A stretch of 63,091 nucleotides of DNA, filler included, from Reclinomonas americana ATCC 50394 (Eukaryota): assembly GCA_048213135.1 (NCBI GenBank). It is 15 parts of 15 records of this genome, joined end to end, with 100 filler letters (N's around TTAATTAATTAA, not from the genome) between each part and the next. Parts side by side here need not be neighbours in the genome. Positions count along the whole stretch, not along the records: positions 23,401 to 30,991 come from AFZH01022562.1; positions 31,092 to 35,402 come from AFZH01022563.1; positions 35,503 to 46,021 come from AFZH01022564.1; 12 more parts are not named here. One strand, 5' to 3'. The notes under the pieces are model-generated. The model saw nothing but the letters and a program-made list of their open reading frames with translations. It had not been told where the DNA came from and ran no database searches. Positions 27,632-39,719 of the stretch are shown here, piece by piece (the stretch's first letter is position 1; each line of letters opens with the position of its first letter). A program made the position numbers and the translations under genes.

Positions 27632-30600
27632 ATGGTTGACTTCCGAAGCGCCGCCGACGCACAAGCATACGTGTTACTGCGCGCGGGAGTCGGCATCCGA
27701 TTCGTCGTCTACGAGGTAAACAAGAAGAAGAAACAAGGAGGAAGAGATCGCTGTATGTTTTTTCCGGACGCACTCATGATTTCATTGTGTGAAGGCCGTG
27801 CTGGCGACGAGAGACGACGAGCGATCACCGCTACAGTTGCGCCACGTACACAGTGAGCGATCGAGTGCGGCGAGCAAGGCCGGTGGCGATGATAATGAGC
27901 TGTTTTCGGCCATGCGACAGTGGATGAGCGATGAGCAGGTTCGGAAGACAGAGAGAGAGAGTCGATCGATCGTCCATGTTCATCACTGTCGTTTTTCTTT
28001 GAAACACACAAAACACACACACAGGCGTTGTTCGTGGCGGTGCGAATGGCGTTGCTGGATCGCGGTGGTGTGCGGGCCAAGTACGGTTCGTCGCTGGTTG
28101 GTTGTTGGTCTGTCATCACTCTCGCTCACTCATTCTTCTCTTCACCGTTGCAGTGGTGATCTCATGGATCGGATCACAAGTCGCATCCGCGGTGCGCGAT
28201 GCGGTGAGGCATCATCGCAGCGGTGGCGTTGCGCAGCTGCTGTATGGAGCGCATGTGAGCTTTGAGGCCAACGAACTGTGTGAAATCAGCAGCGAAGGTT
28301 TCGTCGCCTTCTCACTGCACACTCGCGGCCTCCCTGCCTCTTCACTTACACATACGAGCTGTAGACATTACGCGTCGGTTGCTGGAGAACTCGGCCGCAG
28401 GGTCGCCGTTGGTGAGCGGATCGCGGTCGCCAGTCGTTCCTCGGTCGCCAGTAGTGCCGGTGCCGGTGCGAGGCACGGTGACTGTGCGTGCGAATTCACC
28501 GTTCCGTCGCACGCGTGTGTCGCTCGAGAGGCCGCCGTCGGCCACCGTTCGCAGCACCATCTCACAGCACGATCGCGACAGCGCAGCAGGCAGACGCCGA
28601 CCAGCGGTGCGTGTGTGTGTTTTCTTCCGATTTGCAACACAGCTCGTGGATCTCACAGTGTGTACTGCTTGCTGCTGCTGTTACGTAGTCTGCCGTCAAT
28701 CCCAGGCGCGACTTTCAGCCTGTCACGTTTGACTTGAGTCAAGTTGCGTGCGCGCGTGTACCCAGTGCGCGGCGTGAGGTCTCATTGTGCTTACGGTGGT
28801 GCGCGTCAGGCAAGTACGTGCGACTCGGAGGTCGCCTCGCAAGAGTCGCGCGATCTCGACGAGGACGAGTACGTGATGGTGGACGGCGACGACGACCCCA
28901 GGCCTGCCGTGTCGGTGCGTGGAGGGGCGCGCGATGCGCAGCCAGTGGCTGGACTTGCGTTAGCGGCGTCGAATTCGGTGAGTCTTTGTGTCATCTCCGA
29001 GTGGATACTCGCTGATTCACACCATGTTGCAACACAGCAGAGGAAACTGGTGGAATCAGAAGCAGTTTCGTCGTGCTACAGGTAGCTCCAGTTGTCGTGC
29101 CACTCAATAGTCGTCTTGTGCTTGCAGACTGCGGTACTTCTGGCCGGCGTCGGCAGCAATCACGTCGACGTTGCGTCTTTCTCTCGCACAGCGTCGCTGT
29201 GTTTGCTTAGCACTCACTACTCCTCGATTTGTGTGCGACGCAGTCACCGCGCCTGTTCGGTCAAAGCCCCGCACCACTGCCGGTTGCCATGGCCAATGGT
29301 GCCTCGACGAATCACATCACACCATCAACGACGCCGCTTGCCGATGCCTTTGTGGACTCGGAGCCACCGACCGTGCAGCTGCCGGCAGTCACTGACGACA
29401 TTGACGATCGGCGACCGGTGACACCTCCAAAGAGCGTGGCAGTCGTCGCAGTAGCCGCTGATGAAGCGGTGGTGACAATGGAGCTCGAGGCCGGCGATTC
29501 GGTCGCAGCGGCACCGATCGCCATGACTCCTCAACCTCCCATGTCGCCCAAGCCATCGCGGCTACCACCACGGCCAGTGCGGTCGCCAACAGCGGTGTCG
29601 GCGTCGGCGGAGGATGCTGCGACCATGACTGCTGCGGAAACAGCGCCACCACCAGTATCACCACGAAAACCGACTTCGTCACCTCGACACCTCACACAAA
29701 AGCACGTGACCACCACCGCTGCGGCGCCACCACCTCCACCTCTACCACCACCGGCGCCACCAGTACAGCAGCAGCAGCAAGAGCAGCAGCAAGAGCAACA
29801 ACAACAACAACAACAACAAGAACACCAACAGGACCAGGAGCAAGATCAACAACAGTGCTCGCACGTGGAGGAAGAGCAGGTTGTGATGTCGAATTCCGTG
29901 AGCGAGGAGGAGGCGAAAGAGGCCGAGCTGGTCGCCTTCCCACCGACGCTGATGATCACGCCAGAGGCCGAGATCGACGCCGTGCCGCCGCTGGCGATCG
30001 GACTGATTGGACGTGTTGTCGGCGATGCGTTGGGCGTGATCAGTGCGGCTCCGCCGACAGAGGTCGCACCGGTCGCTGCAACCGTTGCCGTTGTTGCACC
30101 AGCGACTCCCGTCGTGGAGACTCGCTCGTCGCCACCTTCGACTCGGCGCGTGCGCTTCAGCGACGAAGCGCACCCCAGTGTCCAGGCGCGCCCTCGCGAC
30201 GACGACAGTGATTTGCTCTGCGGCATCTCATTGGTGTCACGTGTCATTGCCGGCGCGGTTGAGACGACTGCATTGGCAGAAGCGCCTGCCCCGGTGCCGG
30301 TTAGCGGCAGTGGCATGCTGGTGTCGCGCATTCTTGCCGGTGCAGTGGAGAGCGTGGCACATGACACAGCGGCGCCTGCCCACCCGCAAGGCGATCAAGC
30401 ATCTACGCCTCTGCCGGTAAAGGTTCGCGCCGACGACATTAGCTTTGTGGTCTCTCGACTGGTGACGAGCACGGTGGCGAAGAGCATGGCCGCTGTCGAG
30501 GTCGCTGTGCCCGTGTCCGTACCATCCAGTCCGTCAACACCACCACCACCACCAGCAGCAGTAGCAGCAGCACCCAAATATGCCTCGCCCCAGCCGGCAC

Positions 30601-30940
30601 TCGCGTCTCCAACGGCCATCAACAGACCAGTGCATGCCGGAGAGTGGAAGGTTTGTTTTTCCGACTCCCTTATTCTTCTTCTAATATATTCGCTCACGGA
30701 CCGGCTGCATGCAGAATTACCGCTGGACTTGCTGTGGTGGCTTTATCCAGAATTCTACGACATGCTTAGCCTCGCAATGAACACTAATATGATCGATGGT
30801 CGTGAAACCAATTTGCATGCAATTTGAGGGGTTTGCCACACATCACACTCTCTTCGTTGTGAGGATGGAGCCCGCAGAGACGATGCAGTTGCGCAGCCAG
30901 GTGGCTGAGTTGCGCGCCGAAGTGGGCCAGATGCGTGAGG
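27632..30940 (+). CDS. ADF-H (coactosin/Abp1/drebrin-like) domain protein with a long Pro/Ala/Gln-rich tail and C-terminal coiled coil; 3' partial
   Basis: Spliced N-terminus ..EQALFVAVRMALLDRGGVRAKY-VVISWIGSQVASAVR..AHVSFEANELCEISSE fits the ADF-H K(Y/F)xxIxWxG pattern. Followed by a 532-aa low-complexity ORF and MQLRSQVAELRAEVGQMRE. Confidence 0.62.
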
Positions 30941-31159
30941 TGTGTGTGTGGGGTGAATCAGTTGGCCTCTCACACACGCGCGCGCCTCTCANNNNNNNNN
31001 NNNNNNNNNNNNNNNNNNNNNNNNNNNNNNNNNNNTTAATTAATTAANNNNNNNNNNNNNNNNNNNNNNNNNNNNNNNNNNNNNNNNNNNNCTTGTCGCT
31101 CTTGTTTCTCCCTCCTCTCTCTCTCTCTCACGCTCGCTGAACCCTGTGGTTGCGTGCAG

Positions 31160-34154
31160 TTGGTGGAGCAGACGACCACTGGCCAACTGCGTCACCGCAA
31201 GGGCGAAAAGGGCGGTGCCATCATCGCTTCTGTTACCGCCTCCCATGCCAGCACGAATGCAGTCGTCTCCGACGAGGACGAAGTGCACAACAGCAGCAAG
31301 GCGTTGCGGATGGCGATCCCTTCCAGCACCTTCTACTTCTCCTCGCAAGCCGTCTCCCGCTGGTCGTATGTGGTCTTCGCCATGGTAATGGGCGTGTACT
31401 TGCGCACACTGAATCCGAGTGTCGGCGGTGGCGACAGTGGCGAGCTCGTGGCCGTCGGTGAGTGTGTCGCGTGCCCGCATTGTTCTCTCCTCTCTGCTGG
31501 TAGCTGAAGAAAAGCCGTGACAGCTGGCACCGGTGGTGTCATGCATCCGCCCGGCTATCCGACCGCGATTATGACAACGCAGTTTGCCATGTGGCTGCTG
31601 GGCCCGTTCGCACGCAACACTGGCCGCTCGCTCGGCTGGTGCGCCAACGTGTTCAACGCGCTGTGGGGCGCCCTCGCTGCCGTGTTCCTCTTCCAGGTGG
31701 CGTGCCGTCTCACTCGCAACAACATTGGCATCGCTCTGGCCGCCTCCTGCTTGTTCGCCTTCAGCCCGATTGTGTGGGAGCATTCGTTGGCCGCCGAAGT
31801 CTTCTCCATGAACAATTTGTTCTGCACCCTGCTGCTGCTGCTGGCGTGCGAGTTTGCCATGTCCTGCTACGCGGGTGACGCCAACGTGTCGGGTATGTGT
31901 GTGTATCGCAGCATCACGCCGCGCTCTCTGCTGATTCTCAACCTCTCCACAACTGTGTGTGTATATGTAACAGGTGAGAAGCGTGAGCGCAACATGCTGT
32001 TCTGGGCCTACATGGGCGCATTCTTCTCGGGCCTGGCGCTGACCAACCAGCACACCATCGTGCTGCTGATCACGCCCATCGTGCTGTGGACGTTTGTGAC
32101 GCTGGCTCCCATCATTCGCCGCCGGCCCGTGGTCTTCCTCAACCTCACCGTGCTCTTCTTCGTCGGTCTGCTGCCATACGCCTACCTGCCCATCTCCACT
32201 CTCTACCTCAAGCCGGTGTACTCGTGGGGCGAGACGGCCAGCATCGGTGGTTTCATGAAGCACCTGCTGCGCTCCGAGTACGGCACGTTCAGTCTCGCGA
32301 GCGCCACCGAGGGCACCGAGTCGGTGATTCCGCCCGATATTGTGCGCGGGCTGAATGCTTTTGCCGGCGACTACGGTGTGACGTCTTTCGGCACCGGTGT
32401 GTGGCTGTCGGCCATTGGTGCCATCGTCCTTGCCGTGCGTCGTCTGCGCTCGCGCTCCCACTTGATGGGCCGTTGTGCGTATGACGCCGTCGAGTGCGCA
32501 CTCGATTCCATGCGCTGGCTTCTTATTGGTGCGTGCGTGTTGTTGCGCTGTGCTGTTATCTGATCCCGGGTTTCTCACCATTGCAATTTTACGCAGCGGC
32601 CGGTCCACTGTACGTGCTGTTCTTCTCCTGGCGGGCCAACATCAATCCGCTGGATCCGCTGGGCCGCTCGATTCTTGTGCGCTTCTGGATTCAGCCGTCG
32701 GTGCCCTTCTTGTTGGCCTCGGCCGTCGGCGCCTCTGCGTTGTGGGGTTTCCTGGTACCGCCCGTGCACGTGGAGACTGTCAGCAAGTCGGCGGCCGACA
32801 GTGATTCGGAAGACGGCGAGGAGACTGTGCAGTCGACGGAGCAGAAGCGACGGTGCGTTACGTTCTCGTCGCAAGCAGCAAGCGATAGTCGTCGTGTTGT
32901 GTGTGCTGAAAGAATGTCGCGATGCAGAGATGTGCAGTCCGTCAGTCGAGCCGCATACTGGTTGGCGAGCGCGACGCTGGTCGTGCTCTCCGTGCTCCTG
33001 GTATGCTACGTCATGTACGTCAACTTGCAACACGCGGATCGCTCGCACTCGACGATTATTGTGGACTACGGTCGTCGCATGCTGGAGCCGCTGCCGCACG
33101 GTTCGCTGTTGCTTGTGGTCGGCGACACGGTGTCGGTACGTAGCCTCCCTGCTTTCCGCACCACACGATGCATGCCTGACCTCCGCGCTACGCACAGGGC
33201 GTCATTCACTACTTGCGCCACGTGGAAGGTGTGAGGCCCGACGTGACCGTCGTCAACCAGCAGTACATGACACGTGAGTGGCATGCGCCGATGATGCAAG
33301 ACCGAGTGCCAGTCATTTTCCCCGCACCACGCGGCTGGCGTGTGCCCGGCGAACCGGAAACGTACACGATGCTGAACTTCCTGGACGCCAACTACGACCG
33401 TTTTGAGGGCAAAATCTTCTGCGCCCTCGGCATGTCGTACGAGCAGGAGGAACCGTCATGGAAGGCGCGCTACGGTCTGGTCTGGTCGCCCAAGGCGCTG
33501 TCGGTCGTCAAGGTCTCACGACTGGACGATCGGTTCGACGCTGCTGAGTGGTTCGAGACGTATCGTTCGCAGACGCCTGCCGTGCGGCTAGTTCGCCTCC
33601 CGTCGCCCGACCAGTTCGAGTGGAGCACGCATGAGATGGTGCAGCGACTCAACATGCTTCGTGAGTCGCACGACCTGGTGCCGTACCTGCTCAACACCGT
33701 GGTGCGTGCGCATATCTCCACTTGCCATTGCATGTGTGTACTTTTTTACGCGCGTTGTTGCTGACCATGTGCTGTCGACAAGTCTCCGGCACTGCCGCCG
33801 GCCTTGTCGTTGGAGGCCGTCATTGAGGCTGCCAAGGTCAACCAGTACGTGTGGGAGAACTGGATTGACGACGACTACAGTCGGCCAGTGCGCTCCATCA
33901 TTTACTACTATCGCGGTGTGGTGATGATGCGGTTGGGCATGCACGCGGCCGCACCCGCGGAGAACCGCGCCGAGTGGCTGCGTCAGGCCATCGAAATCTA
34001 CGAAACCGTCATGGCGCTGATCGACAGCAAAGACCTGACGCGCGTCGCGCAAGTGTTCCTGGTCCAGACGGCGTTGCGCGAAGACATGAACAATGCGGTG
34101 CTCCAGATGCGCCTCGCATTGGCGGATTTCGTCGCTTCCTCGGCAAAACAGTGA
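31160..34154 (+). CDS. TMEM260: TMEM260/DUF2723-family protein O-mannosyltransferase (GT-C fold), 5' partial
   Basis: YLRTLNPSVGGGDSGEL, HPPGYP, FAFSPIVWEHSLAAEVFSMNN, GLALTNQHT, GLLPYAYLP, SWG..HLLRSEYGTFSL, RFWIQ, YLRHVEGVRPDV; multiple TM segments and a helical TPR-like C-terminus. Confidence 0.9.
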
Positions 34155-34203
34155 GCACTGCCAGTGAAATGCAGCAGTAGATTATGCGAATCCTCCCCGA
34201 GTC

Positions 34204-35402
34204 CTACACGAGACCTGCCGACTTGGCCGCCTGCAGCACGTGTCTTCGCGTCTCCTCCCACTCGCGGAATGGTGCGCTCGTCTGGAAGCGACGCAACGAG
34301 TCAGTCGCCAGCCTGCAGTCATTACGGCAGTTTTTTTCAGTGAATCAGGCAGTCACAAAACAGAGAAGCCATGACGAAACAGTCGCGCCACGGAGCGAGC
34401 CGCTGCAGAGAACGGCGTGACAATGTCTTCGGCCAGGATGCTACTGGCCGCGGCCGAACGGACACTCGTCGAATCCGGCATACCCTTGACAGGGTCGACA
34501 GACACGTGCAGCCACACCTCGGTCGATGCGGAGGAGGTGCGCAGTTTGGTCAAATCGAGAACGACTCGCCCCGGGAGGTTCAGCTGCGAGAGGTGCGGTG
34601 AGAGTGGAGTCTTGCCGCGCACGCACACGAGGCGGAGCGGATGCACCTCAAATGGCGCCCCCTCGACAAAGAAATCCATGTACAGCGACTCGCCAGCATC
34701 CTGCAAATGGCGCGCCGCATGGTTGCTGTTGTGGTGCCACTGCTCCTGATGCAAGTAGCGACGTGCCATGGTGACGTAGTCGTGTAGTCGAAGCAGGAAG
34801 AGTAGGTTCTCCGAGCTGTACTCGCGGACGGTCGCTCTGCTCGTGATGGTCAGTCGACACGGTCGGTGATGAGGATGCACGATCGCACGCAACTGCCGAA
34901 AGAGTTCTCGGAGCTCGAGGTTGTCGAGAACATCGTGGAGGGATGAGCCTGGCAGCAGCGACTGCCTCGACGTGTTAGCACTCACTGGCGCGCGCGTACA
35001 AGCACGAGACGCAACGTGAGTAATCTCTTCTTCCGACTCTTTCGCACCGGCGTCGAATGGTTCGCGCCACGGCCACGACGTCACCGTGGCCAGCAGCATG
35101 CCAATGGCCAGCAGCTGTGGCGAGAGGAAATAGAAGACCACAAGGCCGTGCTTCTCCGAGGAAAGCGACAATGCCAGCACCGTCACGTGCACGGGTATGA
35201 GCACGCTGTGGTCGCCCGACAAATTAGTGACAGAACAGCTGGCTGCAGCGGAGATCGCTAAAACACAGCCGAACCACAACAGAAAGCCCTGCTTGATGCG
35301 ATACTCGGTGGCCACCTGTCGCCACACACACACAGCGATTGTCAGCATATCGCAGTTGGCCCCCACCACTTAGACAGCAGAGGGGTGCGAACCCTCAGCA
35401 CA
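34204..35402 (-). CDS. Membrane RGS protein (C-terminal TM helices + RGS domain; 7TM-RGS type), 5' partial
   Basis: Hydrophobic helices after EYRIKQG, then an RGS box: LHDVLDNLELRELFRQ..REYSSENLLFL..LYMDFFVEGAPFELNLP..LATDSLRRFQTSAPF. Stop TAG at 34204-34206. Confidence 0.85.
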
Positions 35403-35502
35403 NNNNNNNNNNNNNNNNNNNNNNNNNNNNNNNNNNNNNNNNNNNNTTAATTAATTAANNNNNNNNNNNNNNNNNNNNNNNNNNNNNNNNNNNNNNNNNN
35501 NN

Positions 35503-38500
35503 TGGCGTGAGGAAAGAGAAGAATGGAGCAGTGGCAGGATATATACAGACACAAGAGGTAGACGCACCGGAAGAGGAAGCTCTGTGGCTTCACGTCGCTC
35601 AGCAGCGAGGTGAACGCATTGTCACCGTCGCGGAAGAGCCACACGTGTCGCAAGGACACAGCCATCACCGGCGAGGTGTGGAATTCTACAGGGAACATCA
35701 CTTGTTCCTCTTGCTCGCGCACGGCACTGAGGCGGGAGACCACCGGTGTCTCCCAGTCGGGGCGCTGACGCGACGAGAACGACATGTTGCCGGCAGCCAG
35801 GCGGCCTTCGGTCGACGTCACGCTCGTGGCCAGCACGTGCAGTCGGAAACTGCGAATCTTGGCATCACTGTCGCCGCGCAGCAATGTCAGCACACCACAC
35901 GGACTAGTGCGCGCGCGCGCGTGCGCAAAGACGCAACGAGTAGGTCACACAGCGGATGCGCAAGTCGTTGACGGAGATGGCGGCCGTCGAGCAGTAGATG
36001 CGGGTGTCGGAGTTGGGCGCCACGCTCAGCGCTGAGATGCCGAGCAACACCTCCGGAACGTGCGCTGACACAGGGAGAGGAGGGCGGTGAGCGTGCATTA
36101 CTACTATGCGAAAGAGACGAACTTGCACGTCACTCACCAAACGGCGGCTCGAACTTGACGAGATCCTCGTACGTGCGCATGCCGCTGCCGTCGGCGAAAC
36201 GCGACGGCGCCAGCAGCGTGGGAGTGGCCGTGAAGATGTGCGAGGCCGCAGCTGTGCACATTTTGCGAGCGTCAGCACAACGAGAAGCACAAAATAACAA
36301 AAAAGGGGCGGAGTGGTGAGACACGCACCAGTGCCCACGGCAATCGTGCTGTTCGGCACGTTTTCCCACGAGCGGGTAGACTCCTTGTAGACGCACACGT
36401 GCAGTGCGGTGCTGCGGGAGGGGTTGAACTTCATGGCAAATCGCTTGCAGTAGCCCTCGGCGCCACATGCACCAAAGCCGACATCCGGGTCCTTGGCCGA
36501 ATCGGTCAGCGGCATGGTCACCAGGCCGGCCTCCAGCGGCGACGTCGGTCCGCATGGTCGGCCCTCGGGAACGAGCGAGAAGCGCGTACATGGCGTGAAA
36601 TGTGTGCCAATGACGCGCAGCAGGTTGTCCTGTCCAACGTCGGCCGCGTTGCGGTTGACGCCCGTCGGGATGGCATTGTTCACCTCTGTGCGTGTGTGGC
36701 AATCAGCAAATACTCAAAAAAAGAAATGGGGGGGTGTCGGGGAATCATCAACGGACCAGTGATGGCGAATCGCGAGATCTGCACGTACGAGCTGGCGGCG
36801 CCGGCCAGTCGCAAGCAGAGACGAGCGTCCGTGGTCGGCTGCGCCACCGCCGTGCAATCACCGCGCGTGTCGACTTCCTGTATTTGATGAAAGAGAACAA
36901 TTTAGCAAAAAAAAATGCGTGCAAGAAAATGACAAGCGGCTTCCCCACTCAGGGTACTCACCAGGGACACTGTGTCGGCCATGAGGCCGGCGGGCTTGAC
37001 ACGGGTGTTGGCGACCGGGGTGGGCTTGTTGCAGTCGGTGGACGACAAAATGGCGGCCTCCGCGTCGTCGACCAAATTCGGCAACAAGCGCGCCATGACC
37101 ACGACCTTGGCGCTCACCAAACCTCCGGGCACCGCGACCGGACTGACCACCGGGTTCACTGTGCGTGTGTGGAGACAGGAGAAGGAATCAGCAAAAAACC
37201 AAGAAAGATGAAGCAGTGCAAACAGAATGACGCAACAAATGTGGAAACGACTGCCTTTTAGCGGCATGTAGGGACCGCCGACGGCCGGGTCCGGGTGCGT
37301 GCACAGGTACAAGTCGTACGCCGCATTGCGTCTGCACCATTCCGCGTGTGTTAGAGAGAGCGGAGAGAAAAAGTGAATGTGAGAAAGGGGGGACGCACCG
37401 AGCAGAAATATCAAACGAGAGGGTCAGCTTGTAGGAGCTGTTGGTGCCCACATACTGCTGCGAGACGACCGTGACGGGAATGTCCTGGTTGGGCAGCACG
37501 GTGACGGAGCACGCGACATCGCGTCGCAGCACGTACGCCACATTGGTGTAGGGTGCATTGCGGTCAAGGAACTATCCAAAAACATCAAAAATTAGCAACC
37601 AGTCCAAAGGAAAGATTCGTGAACGCAGATACACACGGTACCTGTCCAGTCAGCGTGAGCACGTTTGGCGTCGGGCTGCTGACCAGAATAACATCACGAC
37701 TGCGGAACGAGGCAAAAAAATTCAGCCACGGGGTCGGGGGAGCGAGTGGTAGAAACTTTCTGACATGCACGCAACGGCTGGTCCACGCAGAACTCGACAA
37801 ACGAGATCTTCCAGAAGTGCACCTTTGGCACCACCTTGTTCTGTGCCTCCCGGTCGGCCACATTCAGCGTCCACCTGCACACCGACACTCTTTGGTTGAG
37901 CACACCAATTTATGCGGAAAAAAGTGGCTCATGTGTCATGGACGCAACATTCCGCCGACCTCCAGCCCGTCGAAAGCCGCAAACGACTCCGCCGGGCGGA
38001 AGTCATGCGCCGCATAGATGCGGTCGTCAGCATTGACGTTCTCGTAGCTGCCCCACGACACCTCCTGAATGGAGCCCTCGAGACCGTACTCCCAAAACCA
38101 CACTGAAAACCCACTGCGAGAGCCTCCGGTGCCATTCAACAGCGTCACAGTCTGCGCACGTGTGCACACAAGAAGGAGGTGGCAGATTCAGAAAACATGC
38201 GACGCACACAGAGAGAGAATGTGCACACCGCACCTTGCCAGATGGATGAACGAGCTGCGCAACCACATCTCGCGCAAAATGCGCCTCAATGTCTGTGCAC
38301 GCGCATGAGAACGAGACACGCTACACACGCACACACACATTGACACGCGCGCGCACACACACCAACGTGCACATAAAAGCCAGCTCGGTCAAACAATTGC
38401 CCACTGTGCGTAGTGTCATCATCATCATGGCCATTGTGAGAATCTTGCAATATTTCCGCAGTGGCGCTCTCTCACACGCACGCACACACACACTCTCTCT

Positions 38501-38847
38501 CTGTGAGTGAGACGCAACGGATATGCGGGCTCCAAGAGCAGCGAGTTTGAAGTAAAGTGACCGGTCTCCGTAAAAGTGAATGCTCCAGCGGCGCCCGCAT
38601 CACTCGACGACACAGAGCTGAAGCGCGCACATGGTTGCGTGTCCACACTGCCTAATGACGATGTCTGTTGTTGCTGTTGCTGTTGTTGTTGAGGAGGTAA
38701 TGAGGAGGCAGGAGCGGGTGCGGGTGTTGATCGAGGAGGTTGTTGCTGTGCGAGTGTGAGCACTGCTGCTGCAGTGATGGTGATGGTGACTGCCACGAGC
38801 AGGAGGACGAGCAGTGGTAGTGGTCGTCGTCGACGCGTGACGATCAT
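35503..38847 (-). CDS. Surface/secreted protein A: signal peptide, proprotein-convertase P-like domain, Cys-bearing Ig/IPT-like units, H-type-lectin-like domains; 3' end open at the gap
   Basis: Signal MIVTRRRRPLPLLVLLLVAV. P-domain-like TVTLLNGTGG..DFRPAESFAAFDGLEVGGRWTLNVAD..HFWKISF. Lectin-like RTYEDLVKFEPPF..VPEVLLGISAL..DTRIYC and VMFPVEFHTSPVMAVSL. Exon-by-exon paralogy with gene B. Confidence 0.72.
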
Positions 38848-39719
38848 CGCGTGTGATGTCAGAGTGAGAAGTGCAATGGATTTTTCACTTTGCTGCGCGC
38901 TTCAATTTGAGAGTTACCCCCCTTTTGTCGTGCTGGGTGGTGACTCTGCGTGTGCGTGTGTATGGCGTGCTCTTCGTGTGTCTCCGAGTTTCTCCGTGAT
39001 TGTGCGTGCATTCGTCACGTTGGTTCACTCATCGCCATGCCACTGTATTAGTGTCCGGTTGGCGATGCAACTGAATTTGCATAGTGACTCGACGCATTAG
39101 GCATGTGGGAGCGGCGCGGGCCCTCGCAGTCTCTCTGCGACTCAAATTGGCAATGCTGGCATTCGCCTACCCAAGTCCGTATGCCAGAGCTGCAAGTTCA
39201 TCATCGCGATTGTTTTGCAAGCACCGGCGCCGGCTTTATTTGGTCGCTCTTGGCGTTCCTCAAATCAGAACTGGTGATGCTGGCTGCATGCTCCTGCAGC
39301 TGTGCTGCCCAAGAGAATGCCGTCGCTCAGCCTGTGTGACACAAAGTTACCGTGGTAATATTCGACCAATACGCAGTTTTCCTGGCAGAAAATCGCCGAC
39401 CACATACGCGTTTCATATCGCACCCTGCTGGGGTACCGTGTGTTTTCATTGGCCAACAACATCTACTCTGAATTTTTCGAGTGAAGGAGAGAGAGAGAGA
39501 GAGGAAGGAAAAACACGATGCGAAGAAAACGCAGAGGCACACACAACCACCACCAGCACCACCGCCACCGCCGACCCACCTATGGGAAACTTTTTGCCGC
39601 AACACAAGTTGACATGATGATACGAATACAAAACAAGACAAGAGAAACAGGGAGAGAAAACACACACACAGACACAAATAAGACTTGGCTCGACGCAGTC
39701 TGTTCTTGCCGGCGCTGGC

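Noticed and set aside
31040..33195. Long minus-strand ORFs (522 aa, 206 aa) opposite TMEM260
   Set aside because: These are antisense shadows of GC-rich codon usage. The plus strand carries the family motifs. The same applies to many shadow ORFs over genes A-D.
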